64,000 nucleotides of DNA from an uncultured Verrucomicrobiae bacterium. Lineage in GTDB: Bacteria > Verrucomicrobiota > Verrucomicrobiia > Chthoniobacterales > UBA10450. Numbering within the stretch: the first letter of the stretch is position 1; the number at the start of each line of letters is the position of its first letter. Made by a program: the position numbers and the translations under genes. The stretch spans positions 256,001 to 320,000 of the forward strand of contig CAVTMK010000001.1 in the NCBI GenBank assembly GCA_963735805.1. Reading direction: 5' to 3'. A model generated the notes under the pieces. It saw only the letters and a program-made list of their open reading frames with translations. It was not told where the DNA came from and searched no databases. Below, piece after piece: positions 1 through 9,968 of the stretch.

Positions 1-36
1 AAGGGAGCGTCGAACGCGCCAGATGCCCTTCGACGT

Positions 37-681
37 TTAAGCCTCCGTCGGTGAGGCAACCGGTTCCTGGTTTTCAGCCTCTTTTGTCGGCGCAGTAAAT
101 CGCCTCTTCCGGCGGTTGGCGGGCAGAGGCGCCAGGGTCATTGTGATATTGCGGCCTGTGATTTTCGGGTCCATTTCCACCTGCGACATCCCGGAGAGAT
201 CATCTCGAACTTTCTGCACGAGCTGCATGCCAAATTCCTGGTGCGCCATTTCCCGGCCTCGAAACTGCAGTTGCACCCGCACCTTATTTCCCCGGTCCAG
301 GAACTCTTCGCCGTGCCTGATCTTCGTCAAATAATCGTGATCGTCGATATTTACGCGAAACTTGATCTCCTTCAGCTTTGCGCCGGCCGATCTTTTATCC
401 TTGGTGTGCTTGGAAATATCGTACCGAAATTTTCCGAAATCGACGATCTTGCACACCGGTGGATTAGCCGTTGGGGCAATTTCCACGAGGTCAAGACCGA
501 GACCTTGAGCCTTGCGCAAGGCGTCGGTTAATTTCAAGACGCCCAGCTGTTCACCGGTGGACCCCATTATGACTCGGACTTCCCGGGCTCGGATCCGACC
601 GTTTACACGAATTTGTGGTTGCAGATTCTGACTAGCTCCTGGCCGACGAAGCGGGAGTGCGCCGCGTCGCCGTATTTCCAT
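37..681 (-). CDS. infC: Translation initiation factor IF-3
   Basis: IRVNGRIRAREVRVI, GLDLVEIAPTANPPVCKIVDFGKFRY, KEIKFR and FRGRE motifs; start codon uncertain. Confidence 0.97.
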   Translation of the reverse strand: MEIRRRGALPLRRPGASQNLQPQIRVNGRIRAREVRVIMGSTGEQLGVLKLTDALRKAQGLGLDLVEIAPTANPPVCKIVDFGKFRYDISKHTKDKRSAGAKLKEIKFRVNIDDHDYLTKIRHGEEFLDRGNKVRVQLQFRGREMAHQEFGMQLVQKVRDDLSGMSQVEMDPKITGRNITMTLAPLPANRRKRRFTAPTKEAENQEPVASPTEA

Positions 682-860
682 TTATCGCAATCCTCGGCGC
701 CGCCTTTGGCGAACGCCCGAGCACCCTAATCTCGCCACGGCTGCGATCGACCGCGACGAAGAACTCGCATTCATAATCGCGAGTCGAAGGGAAGTTGTAG
801 GCAACAATTTTGCGCTGGCAAGGCGAATCTCGTGACAATCACGTTTCGGTCTTCCAACGC

Positions 861-1520
861 TTATTTGGCCGGCGGGTCACCAAAATGCGCCTTGTGCGCT
901 GCGTATGCTGTGGCGTCGTCGAGCATCGAATCGAGTGTGGCGGTCAAGGGTTCAAGTCTCACAACCCCGGAAAACACCGCGCGATCGCCAATTTCCGCGT
1001 CGATCACAAACGCGGGGCGTTGCGTGATCTGGAGTGCATGAAACTCTGCCGTCGATGCCCGAACGCGCTTCTCGATCTCAGGCGATTTGGCGCGCTCGAG
1101 CAGCTTTTTCCTGTCAAACTTGCCGGCCTCCGCTCCAATCTCGGCAGCGACGTCCCAATCGCTTACTTTCTTTCCTTCGCGAAGCGCGGAGTAAGACAGC
1201 GCGAGGCGAACGCGATCATCGACGAAACCAAAGTCCTTGGCGGCTTCGGCCATGCAGTTCGGGGCGAGCCACTCCGAGAGACTAGGATCGTACCAGTCGG
1301 TGTTGAGCATGAACGGGGAATGCATGATCATTCCGCTGCGCCGATAGAACCATTGCTCCTGCTCGCGCGAAGTCGGCAAACCACCTGGATCCATCAACGC
1401 GATCTTCCATACAAACTCGACGCGACCGTCGTAACGCCTCTTCAATTCCGCCCAGGTCGGCTCGGACCAGAAACACCAGGATGAAACAACGTCGAGATAA
1501 TTGGTTACAGTGATTCGCAT
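861..1520 (-). CDS. DsbA/FrnE-like thioredoxin-fold protein (SxxC variant)
   Basis: N-terminal YLDVVSSWCFW matches the DSBA-family D-x-x-CPWC position; C-terminal ITQRPAFVI cis-Pro loop. Confidence 0.8.
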   Translation of the reverse strand: MRITVTNYLDVVSSWCFWSEPTWAELKRRYDGRVEFVWKIALMDPGGLPTSREQEQWFYRRSGMIMHSPFMLNTDWYDPSLSEWLAPNCMAEAAKDFGFVDDRVRLALSYSALREGKKVSDWDVAAEIGAEAGKFDRKKLLERAKSPEIEKRVRASTAEFHALQITQRPAFVIDAEIGDRAVFSGVVRLEPLTATLDSMLDDATAYAAHKAHFGDPPAK

Positions 1521-1671
1521 GCTTGAATGTTAAAAACGCTTGAAAAGTTACAAGGTTGAAAAGTTTTGTCGCTGAACCGTTAACCCATTTAGGATGAAGC
1601 CTCTGATTCTTGTTGCCGCTTTCGCGCTTCACCGCTTTAACGAATAACCTGGGCTAGCTCCGACGTTATCT

Positions 1672-2691
1672 GTGAACCTGAATCATATATTTCTTTTTCT
1701 GGCAGTGATTTCACCGCTGATCGTGCTGACCAAAGCGTGGCGTCCCGGAGCGCCTAATCGTGGCTGGCGTATCTCTGCAATTGTGGTGCTTGGAATCACC
1801 GCTCTCGCGTGGATTCTTGCGGCCCGCGTGGCTGGTTACATTGGCGGTTTGGCCTGGGTCGTTCTGCTCTTCCTTCCTGCGATTGGATTGCGCAAAATGA
1901 CAGATCTCGCAACAAAAGGAGACTACCAATCGGCCGCAAAGCTCGGCGCGATTCTTCAACCCCTGCATCCGAGTGCGGCGTTGCGCGATCAGGTCCGCTT
2001 ATTTCGGCATTTGGAATCCCATCGAAACCCCAGAGTCGTAATCGGCGCTGTTCCAGCCGGCGGACGCACGCGACATAGTCAGTTGCGAAGCGCTCCTGCC
2101 GTTCTCGTGTTGATTCTGCTCAACTCGATCGCATTTCTCTACGAAATTTCCGTTGGCGATTTGAACGATCCAGAGGTGCTGCATCGAGTCGGCGCACTCG
2201 AGCCTTATGCTGTTGTAATCCAAGGAGAATATTGGCGGCTTTTTACTGCCTTGTTCTTACACGGAGGTTTCACCCATCTCCTTTTCAACCTTTTCGCGCT
2301 TTATATCCTTGGCCCTCCCCTTGAACGATCCATAGGCACAATTCGGTTCGTCGTGTGCTATCTGATTTCCGGGCTTGCTTCCAGTGCAGGTGTTGTGGCG
2401 TTGGCAGTAATCGGTTTCGTACAAGTCGGCCAGCTCGTTGGCGCGTCGGGATGTATCATGGGAATCGTCGGCGCGTGGGCCGGATTTTTAGTGCGACATC
2501 GTCATGTGCCACAGGCGAAACAGCGTCTGGGAAACATTGGGTTGATCGTCGTGATTCAAATCGCCTTCGATCTTTCTACTCCCCAGGTCAGCATGGCGGC
2601 GCATCTGTGCGGACTGATCGCCGGTTTTTTTTTGGGACTGATTCTTGCGCCACGAGCTGGAGCCGGGATCCGGGACTCTGACAGTCACTAA
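1672..2691 (+). CDS. Rhomboid family intramembrane serine protease
   Basis: WRLFTALFLH, HLLFN, catalytic GASG and AHLCG motifs; extra N-terminal membrane domain. Confidence 0.93.
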   Translation: MNLNHIFLFLAVISPLIVLTKAWRPGAPNRGWRISAIVVLGITALAWILAARVAGYIGGLAWVVLLFLPAIGLRKMTDLATKGDYQSAAKLGAILQPLHPSAALRDQVRLFRHLESHRNPRVVIGAVPAGGRTRHSQLRSAPAVLVLILLNSIAFLYEISVGDLNDPEVLHRVGALEPYAVVIQGEYWRLFTALFLHGGFTHLLFNLFALYILGPPLERSIGTIRFVVCYLISGLASSAGVVALAVIGFVQVGQLVGASGCIMGIVGAWAGFLVRHRHVPQAKQRLGNIGLIVVIQIAFDLSTPQVSMAAHLCGLIAGFFLGLILAPRAGAGIRDSDSH

Positions 2692-2879
2692 GATCCAAAG
2701 CATTCAACGGATTGTGAAACGAGCGAAGAATCCTAGCCGTCATGCAAACACAACAGAGCAACTGACAAGGCGCCATTTATGGCGGCAACGGCTTCGCAAT
2801 AGAATCTTCGTTTTTCTTGGCTACCTTCTGTGAAAATTTGTCAGTGACCGGGGCCACCGACTCCGGCAGAGGAACTCGA

Positions 2880-5435
2880 ATGCCGACTTTTCAAACGTAT
2901 AACGTCACTCCAATCCTGCCAGGGGCGCTTGAGCCGTTGCGCGAGATGAGTTTCAACTTGTGGTGGACTTGGGAACCGGCTGCGCGCCGGCTGTTTCGCC
3001 ATTTGGATCCCGAGCTTTGGAACCGGACCAATCACAATCCCGTCCGAATGCTTCAGCTTTCGCGGCAATCCAGACTGGAAGAACTTGCACAGGACAAAAC
3101 TTTCCTGCGCGAGCTGAAACAGGTCTTCGAGGAATTCGAAAAATATCTCGGACGCCACGACACTTATGGAAAGGCGGGAGCCGCCAGCGCGATCAAGAAT
3201 CCGATCGCTTATTTTTCGGCCGAATTTGGTTTTCACGAGTCGATCCCGAATTATTCCGGCGGTCTCGGGATACTCGCTGGCGATCATTGCAAGTCAGCGA
3301 GCGATCTGGATTTGAATTTTGTTGCGATTGGTCTGCTCTATCGACACGGCTATTTCCGGCAGCAAATAGATAAGGACGGCGTTCAGGCAGCGATCAATCT
3401 GAATCAAAATTTTTATCATCTGCCGATCCGAGAAGCCCTGCGTAGTAATGGAAAACCGCTTATTTCCGTACCCATTCTGGATCGCCAGGTTTTTGCCAGA
3501 CTTTGGGAATTACGTGTCGGAAGAGTGAGCCTCTATTTGCTCGACACTGATATTCCGGAAAACAGCGCAGAAGACCGATTGATCACTGCCGAGCTTTATG
3601 GCGGCGACCTCGAAATGCGGATGCGCCAGGAGATCATGCTCGGAATTGGCGGCGTCAAAGCGCTCGCTGCGCTCGGCATTCAGCCATCTGTGTTCCACAT
3701 GAACGAGGGTCACTCGGCGTTTCTGGCGCTCGAACGCATTCGTCTCAATGTCGCGGAGAAGAAGCTCGATTTTTATTCGGCACTTCAGCTAGTAGCGGCC
3801 GCCAATGTCTTCACCACGCACACTCCGGTTCCCGCCGGCAACGATTCGTTCCCGCGCGAGATGATGCGGAAATATTTCGGGAATTTTGCCAAGGAATTAA
3901 GCATTCCCTTCGATGAGTTGTTCTCGTTCGGTCAGACGCGCATCGATCCAAACGATCCTTTTAGCATGACCATCCTGGCGCTGCGTCTCAGCCGACAGGC
4001 AAATGGGGTAAGCAAATTGCACGGTGAGGTCACGCGGTCGCTTTGGAAAGATGTCTGGGCCGGCGTGCCGGTCCAAGAAGTGCCCATTACCAACATCACA
4101 AACGGTGTGCATACCAAGACCTGGATGGCGCCGGAGTTTGCCGCACTTTATCGCAAGCATCTGGGTGCATGGGAGGAACACCTGGCCGAGCCGGAGTTCT
4201 GGCGGGGCGTCATCGATATTCCCGACGCCCAACTTTGGGACACGCATCAAAAACTCAAGCTCCGCCTGATCGAATTTGTGCGCGACCGGGAACGACGGCG
4301 CCGCGAACGAATGGGGGAATCGCCCGAGTCCATTCGCAAGGTCAACCGCATTCTTGATCCCGAAATTTTGACAATCGGTTTTGCGCGCCGTTTCGCGACT
4401 TACAAGCGGGGCACGCTTCTATTTAGCGACAAGGAACGCTTGAAACGATTGCTGAACGACGCCACGCGGCCGGTGCAATTTATTTTTGCAGGCAAAGCGC
4501 ATCCACGTGATGAAGCTGGCAAGGCGTTGATCCAGGAAGTCTACAAACTTAGCCACGAAGCTGGCCTGGAAAATCGCATCGTCTTTCTGGAGGACTACGA
4601 TAGCTACATCGCACGGCGCCTGGTGCAGGGTGTCGATCTTTGGCTAAACCATCCCCTGCGCCCCCTGGAGGCGAGCGGAACCAGCGGGATGAAAGCTGCT
4701 CCCAACGGCGGAATCAATCTGAGCGTGCTCGATGGTTGGTGGCGGGAAGGTTACAACGGCAGTAACGGCTGGGCTATCGGCGCGGAAATCAATGATGGTA
4801 CCACGGAATTTCAAAATGAAGTAGACGCCAGCAGTCTTTACCAATTGTTGGAGAACCAAATTGTTCCGCTCTATTACGCAAAGCCGGATGGCAAACTTCC
4901 CCTGGCCTGGTTACAACTGATGCGTGAATCGATCCGCAGCGTCACGCCCGTCTTCAACACACAGCGGATGGTGAAGGAATACACCGAGCAACTTTATATC
5001 CCGGCTGCGAACTCGTATGAGAATTTTTCCTCCGACGGTTGCGGCGCCGCGACACACCTGAGCCGGTGGAAAACGCAAATGCGCAAGGATTGGCCAGCGG
5101 TAAAGATTTCGGACGTTCAGATCGGAAACAAAGATCGACAAAGCATTTTGGTCGGTGAATCGCTGCACGTCACAGCGCGAGTTCATCTCGGGACGGTCGA
5201 TCCACAGCATGTGCGAGTGGAAGCGTACCACGGCGAGGTGGACAATGGTGACATTCGCAATCCTTCGGCGACCGTTCTCAATCAGACCGGACGCGCAGAC
5301 GGAGACGGCAATTACGTCTACCAAGGAGCAGTTCCTGCGTCGGAAAGCGGTACCTACGGCTTTAGCGTGCGCGTCGTGCCAACGCATCCCTGTCTGATGC
5401 AGATGCACGAATTGCGCCTGATCACCTGGTCGTGA
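2880..5435 (+). CDS. glgP: Alpha-glucan (glycogen) phosphorylase
   Basis: YSGGLGILAGD, HMNEGH, GFARRFATYKR and PLP site EASGTSGMK; ATG at 2880 preferred over TTG at 2817. Confidence 0.97.
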   Translation: MPTFQTYNVTPILPGALEPLREMSFNLWWTWEPAARRLFRHLDPELWNRTNHNPVRMLQLSRQSRLEELAQDKTFLRELKQVFEEFEKYLGRHDTYGKAGAASAIKNPIAYFSAEFGFHESIPNYSGGLGILAGDHCKSASDLDLNFVAIGLLYRHGYFRQQIDKDGVQAAINLNQNFYHLPIREALRSNGKPLISVPILDRQVFARLWELRVGRVSLYLLDTDIPENSAEDRLITAELYGGDLEMRMRQEIMLGIGGVKALAALGIQPSVFHMNEGHSAFLALERIRLNVAEKKLDFYSALQLVAAANVFTTHTPVPAGNDSFPREMMRKYFGNFAKELSIPFDELFSFGQTRIDPNDPFSMTILALRLSRQANGVSKLHGEVTRSLWKDVWAGVPVQEVPITNITNGVHTKTWMAPEFAALYRKHLGAWEEHLAEPEFWRGVIDIPDAQLWDTHQKLKLRLIEFVRDRERRRRERMGESPESIRKVNRILDPEILTIGFARRFATYKRGTLLFSDKERLKRLLNDATRPVQFIFAGKAHPRDEAGKALIQEVYKLSHEAGLENRIVFLEDYDSYIARRLVQGVDLWLNHPLRPLEASGTSGMKAAPNGGINLSVLDGWWREGYNGSNGWAIGAEINDGTTEFQNEVDASSLYQLLENQIVPLYYAKPDGKLPLAWLQLMRESIRSVTPVFNTQRMVKEYTEQLYIPAANSYENFSSDGCGAATHLSRWKTQMRKDWPAVKISDVQIGNKDRQSILVGESLHVTARVHLGTVDPQHVRVEAYHGEVDNGDIRNPSATVLNQTGRADGDGNYVYQGAVPASESGTYGFSVRVVPTHPCLMQMHELRLITWS

Positions 5436-5534
5436 TCACGCTCAACGACTGCGGTCCAATTGGGACATCCAAGCAAAATTTTCAAACCGCCCAGGCAGAA
5501 GCAAAATCGCCTGCGTATTCTAACAGTTGTATAT

Positions 5535-6467
5535 TCATAGGCCTCGCGCCGGAGGCGTAACCCCTAGGCACGCAACGATCGTCACCACTGCCACGGCGAG
5601 GCAGGTCTCGCCGATCACATTGCGACGAAGCTGAGCCAGAAAATCCGCGGTTTCGGAAACTCTAGTCAACCTTGTTTTGATGACGAATCGATTCCGCGCG
5701 CCCAGGCAGACGAGAATGCCGAATGCCGTGAGCTTGGCAAGTAAGAGCCAGCCGTAACGTGTCGTGAGCAACGCGTGGATCGAACCGACCAACAACCAGG
5801 AGTTGGAAATACCGGTAGCAACAAGAACACCCACGCAAGTCACGCTGAGCGTGGAAAAACGCTGGAGTACGGGCAGAGTCTGTTCGCCTAACGACGACGA
5901 TGCGCGGGCGCGCGTCAGAAAAATGGCCAGTGGCAGAAGTCCGCCGATCCAGATACTCGCCGCACAAAGATGGAGCGCATCACCTAAAACACCGAGCGGT
6001 TGCACGCTGGCAGCTGCGGCATGGCTGACCCAGGCGAGCGAAATGAGTAAAAGAACGCTAATCAAAAACACAGCCATGTTCAGCGCGTGTCGTGCTCGAG
6101 CTCGTGCCAAGCCGAGCGCGATTAGTGCAAACGCCAAGGCGATCAATTCCAGGCGAAGCTGCCAGACGCGACCGAAGTTTGTTTCAAACAAAACCGTCTG
6201 CCACGCTGCGACAGAAAAGGCACGCATGAGCGGCAATCCGTTCATGTTCGCGACTTCCAGCCAAAACCAAAGCAGCGCGGACAAAAGAGCCGCGACGAGA
6301 CTCCATCGAAGTAGGCGGAGCAAACGCCCGTGGACCTCGCGAAAATCGTCCCCCCCGGCCCGCCCCGCCGGACCAAGCGTGATCACTTCGAACGTACACG
6401 TCCCAACCAGCAGCATCGACGCGCCAATGTGCACGGTGCGAGCGATAATGAGCAGCGTGATAAGCAT
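5535..6467 (-). CDS. copD: Copper transport membrane protein CopD
   Basis: Multi-TM protein; SHAAA, LHLCAASIWIGGL, RFS, YGWLLLAK motifs; directly downstream of copC. Confidence 0.9.
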   Translation of the reverse strand: MLITLLIIARTVHIGASMLLVGTCTFEVITLGPAGRAGGDDFREVHGRLLRLLRWSLVAALLSALLWFWLEVANMNGLPLMRAFSVAAWQTVLFETNFGRVWQLRLELIALAFALIALGLARARARHALNMAVFLISVLLLISLAWVSHAAAASVQPLGVLGDALHLCAASIWIGGLLPLAIFLTRARASSSLGEQTLPVLQRFSTLSVTCVGVLVATGISNSWLLVGSIHALLTTRYGWLLLAKLTAFGILVCLGARNRFVIKTRLTRVSETADFLAQLRRNVIGETCLAVAVVTIVACLGVTPPARGL

Positions 6468-6491
6468 CGAGCGTCCTCTACGTAAGAATGC

Positions 6492-6851
6492 CTAACGAGT
6501 TACCCGGAATGTGAAACTTCCATTGGTCACGTGCGTATCGACAGAAACCACGCGCCAGGCGACTTTGTAGATTCCCGCTGGGAGCCGCGGCAGAGAAACG
6601 TGCAACAGCCCGTGATCGGAGCGATCCAAGTGTACATCGCGTTTATCCATTTCCTTTCCAGACGCGTCGAATACCTGGATGCTACTGAAGGCTGGCTCGA
6701 CGTTTTCCGTAAATCGGATTCGCACCTCACTGGGCGACGTTTGAACCGTGCTACCCGCACTCGGCTGTGCGTCCCTGAGAAAGGCATGCGCTTCAACTTG
6801 CGCCGTGGCTGCCAAAATGATCAGAGATAAACTGACAACCGTGCGCTTCAC
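6492..6851 (-). CDS. copC: Periplasmic copper-binding protein CopC
   Basis: Signal peptide ending AEA-like before mature N-terminal His (HAFL); WRVVSVDTHVTNG Cu(II) site. Confidence 0.95.
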   Translation of the reverse strand: MKRTVVSLSLIILAATAQVEAHAFLRDAQPSAGSTVQTSPSEVRIRFTENVEPAFSSIQVFDASGKEMDKRDVHLDRSDHGLLHVSLPRLPAGIYKVAWRVVSVDTHVTNGSFTFRVTR

Positions 6852-7810
6852 TTGGTTCCTCCAAACAGGGGACGACCAATGCTGTGTGGAAAAAGATCGT
6901 CCACAAAGAAATGTAGTTGTGCAATCACGCCGACGTTAGTTCCCGTCCGTTCGTTGATTGGAACAACCGCCTCCACACCAACCTGGAAATATTGGCCAGC
7001 CCAGATAACGCCGGGATTGATTGTTCCGGTGGTTTGGCCTCGCTCCCCTCGGTTGAGCGGAGTTTCCAGTGCGAATTCCACCAGCGGAATCAAGCGATTA
7101 ATCGGCGCCGGCAAGTGCAGGTCCTGCACTTGCGACTGAAGATAGATAACGCTGTACTCCAGAGCAAAGCCCCATTCTAAGACGTCGGGATTTCGATCGA
7201 TCTCGACCTCGCGTTCCCCCGTCTCGTCATTCACCGTGACGCTGCGCGTGCTCGCGCTCGTTGGAATCTCAATTCCGGCCAATCCGGTAATGGCGAACGG
7301 CTTGAGGAACCGCAATCTCTCGGGCAAATCGCCGAAGCCCTTACCGAAAAAAATTCCTGGCTCCCATGTAGTGAACGAGTCCGCGTCAACTGAGCTCGAT
7401 CCAGTGCCGCCAACTTCAACACCAAGCCCCAACGAGACGATCGCTTCATGCGCGTCATTCTTCAGGATCTGATATTTGCCACCCAATTCCAAGTTGCCGA
7501 AGCCATTTGTCGCGCGTTCTTCATGTGGATTCAGCGCCGTAAAAGTATCACCGACTTCGATCGCAAATTCTGGGGTGATTCGCTTGGAGATATCTATGGA
7601 GATATCCGTTTCGCGCGTTCCGCCGTCATCCAGCGTTCTAATGCTGCTTACGGTTGGAAGCGAAAGCTCATCGGAGACAAACGGATCATCGGTTGAAAGC
7701 GTCGCGGGGAAAAATCGCGCGCCGGCAAAGCCATGGCCATACGCCTGGCTCGTTGCGCCGAGCTCATATGCCGCACAGACGAGCCAAAAGATTAAAGATA
7801 AATGTTTCAT
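6848..7810 (-). CDS. Putative outer-membrane beta-barrel associated with copper uptake
   Basis: Signal peptide, mature N-terminal His (HGFAGARFFPATLSTDDPFV), amphipathic beta-strands; stop overlaps copC start; SD AAGGAGG. Confidence 0.65.
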   Translation of the reverse strand: MKHLSLIFWLVCAAYELGATSQAYGHGFAGARFFPATLSTDDPFVSDELSLPTVSSIRTLDDGGTRETDISIDISKRITPEFAIEVGDTFTALNPHEERATNGFGNLELGGKYQILKNDAHEAIVSLGLGVEVGGTGSSSVDADSFTTWEPGIFFGKGFGDLPERLRFLKPFAITGLAGIEIPTSASTRSVTVNDETGEREVEIDRNPDVLEWGFALEYSVIYLQSQVQDLHLPAPINRLIPLVEFALETPLNRGERGQTTGTINPGVIWAGQYFQVGVEAVVPINERTGTNVGVIAQLHFFVDDLFPHSIGRPLFGGTK

Positions 7811-7872
7811 GAATATTCCTCCTTCGTGATGAGAAACGTCCGCGCCAAGGGCATGACGGTTCTCGAGTTGCG

Positions 7873-7913
7873 AAAGGAAAAACTGCCACTCCGTGCACTC
7901 GCACGGCGCAGTT
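7873..7913 (-). promoter_or_regulatory. Hairpin plus pyrimidine tract between the leader ORF and the copper genes (terminator/attenuator-like)
   Basis: Minus strand AACTGC-G-CCGTGC-GAGT-GCACGG-AGTG-GCAGTT followed by TTTCCTTT. Confidence 0.55.
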
Positions 7914-7927
7914 GACTCAAGCGCGAA

Positions 7928-8308
7928 CTAACTCAGGAGCGAGCGCGGCGGCGGAACCGGCGGAGAATGCTCGATTTCAGAAACGGAAAAATCGCGAAGG
8001 GTGTATTGGAACGGAGCGCTGGGCGATATCAGTTTGATCACGCGCGCGACGCAGATGATATCGATCTTTGGCACCGGGGATTGCATGTCGGACTTTTTTT
8101 CTGAGGCTTTTCCTTTGGCGACGATATGACAAAGCGAACATGGATGGGCTCCGTCAAACGTCTGAGCGATCGCCTGACATAGCGGCGCGCGCTTCGAATA
8201 CTCAATAAGCATGCTAGTCCAGGCGAACGACTGGAGTGCAACCCAATGCAACCCGATCGCGCAGCAAAGGGCAGCGATCGTAGCAATGCGGCCGGCCTGT
8301 CGAAGCAC
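7928..8308 (-). CDS. DUF2946/CruR-like membrane-targeted leader protein (CxxC plus C-terminal polyproline)
   Basis: Hydrophobic N-terminus, HPCSLC, C-terminal HSPPVPPPRS; upstream of barrel-copC-copD; GTG at 8308 preferred. Confidence 0.7.
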   Translation of the reverse strand: MLRQAGRIATIAALCCAIGLHWVALQSFAWTSMLIEYSKRAPLCQAIAQTFDGAHPCSLCHIVAKGKASEKKSDMQSPVPKIDIICVARVIKLISPSAPFQYTLRDFSVSEIEHSPPVPPPRSLLS

Positions 8309-8315
8309 AATTGCG

Positions 8316-8344
8316 AGGCTAGGTGTCGCAAATTTTGATGTCAA
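8316..8344 (-). promoter_or_regulatory. Sigma70-type promoter, probably giving a leaderless transcript
   Basis: TTGACA-N17-TAGCCT ending 7 nt before GTG 8308. Confidence 0.65.
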
Positions 8345-9919
8345 TCACTCTTTCCTTTCATGGTTCGGAGCAAAGGCGCCGCTGCCTTCATCGAGATAAA
8401 TTGTCGAACCGACGCGTGAAATGCGAAGCGATTGTTGCCAGCTTCCTGTCGCGAAATCTTTCTTAGCGTCAATTGTCTTCGCTTCTTGTTTTCCTGCGAC
8501 TGGGACTTGATCGACACTAGTCATTGCTTCGGACAGGATTCTGCCGTCCATTTCTTTCGGCACTTTAGTTCCAAGAATGTGCAAAATCGTTGGCGCAAGG
8601 TCGACATTGCCCGTAGGCAAATCATCCGTTTGACCGGAATGAAAATCCGGGCCCGCGGCAACCAGAGTATTATGCATGTCGAATCGGCTCAGCGTAGCGT
8701 GAGTCCCCTCCCCGGCTTTGCGTTGCCAGTCGGCGTCGATCATTCCCGGGGTGCCGAACTGATTTTTCGAATCATTCCAGCGGAAAGCCATGACAACGTC
8801 GGGCGCCCTGGGGTTGTCGATTTTGGCCTCATTCAAATCGAAGGTTCCTGGCAAACCCTCTTTGGTGAAAATCACTCCCGCAAAATCCGATTGCTGCAAG
8901 AATTCGACAAGACGACGCGTCACCATCGTATCGTGTCCGACGACGTAAAAGAGAACACTGCCACCGTTCCCAGCCAGCATGATGTCTCCGGGTTTCGGCT
9001 GATCATCAAATTCCGTCTTCGCAACGAAGCCGGCATCGCTCAGAATTTTTCGTAAATCGATCGATCGCCTGATCGTCGAGAATCCATGATCGGAAACAAC
9101 AAAAACGTCCGTTGTTTCGCGCGCAGTTTTTCGATCCAACGCGGAAAGAACGACAGCGAGATTTTCATCGGACGATTTAATTGCAGCAAGCGCGGGCGGC
9201 GCACCGGGCGCAGTTTCGTGCTGCGTCAAATCCGGCTGGCCCAGCCAAATCACTGACAGAGCTGGCACTCCATCTCTCCAAAGGAAATCAGTGACTGCCT
9301 TGGTCGTCCATAGATCGTGTTGTGAGCGCTCAGATGGAAACGGCCCAATCGCGGTAACTATGGGACTAAGAACATCACGTGGAACCGCCTGACCAGCGAA
9401 GAGCGTGACACAGTTTTTTGCCGGTCCAACACCTGCATGTCGATCCAGCAAAAGACCAACAGTTTTAGCGCTCGCAATCGCCGTTCGTCCACCCCCACGC
9501 TGAACGAGCTCGGCGATGGTCGGAACGGAAATGTATTTGCCAGCGGAAAGTTCATCTCCTTTACTCACGGCCGATGAGCTCTCGACATTAATTGATCGCT
9601 TGCGGTCAACTTCCGGGCGGTACTCATAATTTGCGATCACGCCGCTCTTCCCTGGGTAAACACCGGTCATTAATGCTGTTCCGTTCACCATCGTTGCACT
9701 GAGATATACCGGATGGTGATTGCGAAAAGTGACTCCTTCCCTGGCAAGTCGCCAAAGTGTCGGAGTTGTTTTCTCGCTGACAAAGTCCGGGCGCATTCCA
9801 TCCCAGACCACCATCACTACATGCCGGTCGGGTTGTCGCGTATCCGCCGCAAAACCAATGGTCCTCAGAGAAAAAACCAGGGCGAGGATCGACATCGATG
9901 TGCAATATTTCTGAGACAT
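8345..9919 (-). CDS. Alkaline phosphatase superfamily nucleotide pyrophosphatase/phosphodiesterase
   Basis: VVWDGMRPD, SATMVN (Thr nucleophile), PDLTQH, VVSDHG, GTHA motifs; signal peptide; start trimmed to ATG 9919. Confidence 0.9.
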   Translation of the reverse strand: MSQKYCTSMSILALVFSLRTIGFAADTRQPDRHVVMVVWDGMRPDFVSEKTTPTLWRLAREGVTFRNHHPVYLSATMVNGTALMTGVYPGKSGVIANYEYRPEVDRKRSINVESSSAVSKGDELSAGKYISVPTIAELVQRGGGRTAIASAKTVGLLLDRHAGVGPAKNCVTLFAGQAVPRDVLSPIVTAIGPFPSERSQHDLWTTKAVTDFLWRDGVPALSVIWLGQPDLTQHETAPGAPPALAAIKSSDENLAVVLSALDRKTARETTDVFVVSDHGFSTIRRSIDLRKILSDAGFVAKTEFDDQPKPGDIMLAGNGGSVLFYVVGHDTMVTRRLVEFLQQSDFAGVIFTKEGLPGTFDLNEAKIDNPRAPDVVMAFRWNDSKNQFGTPGMIDADWQRKAGEGTHATLSRFDMHNTLVAAGPDFHSGQTDDLPTGNVDLAPTILHILGTKVPKEMDGRILSEAMTSVDQVPVAGKQEAKTIDAKKDFATGSWQQSLRISRVGSTIYLDEGSGAFAPNHERKE

Positions 9920-9968
9920 GGTCCTTCGCAGACTACACAGATTGTGTGAGATTGGTAGAACGCGACCA

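Noticed and set aside
632..691. ATT codon at 691 as the typical non-canonical infC start
   Set aside because: It is out of frame with infC and would need an unproven indel; the in-frame ATG at 681 is adequate.
2783..2798. Sigma54-like GG-N10-GC sites here and at ~39478
   Set aside because: Only partial consensus, and not consistent across the stress genes.
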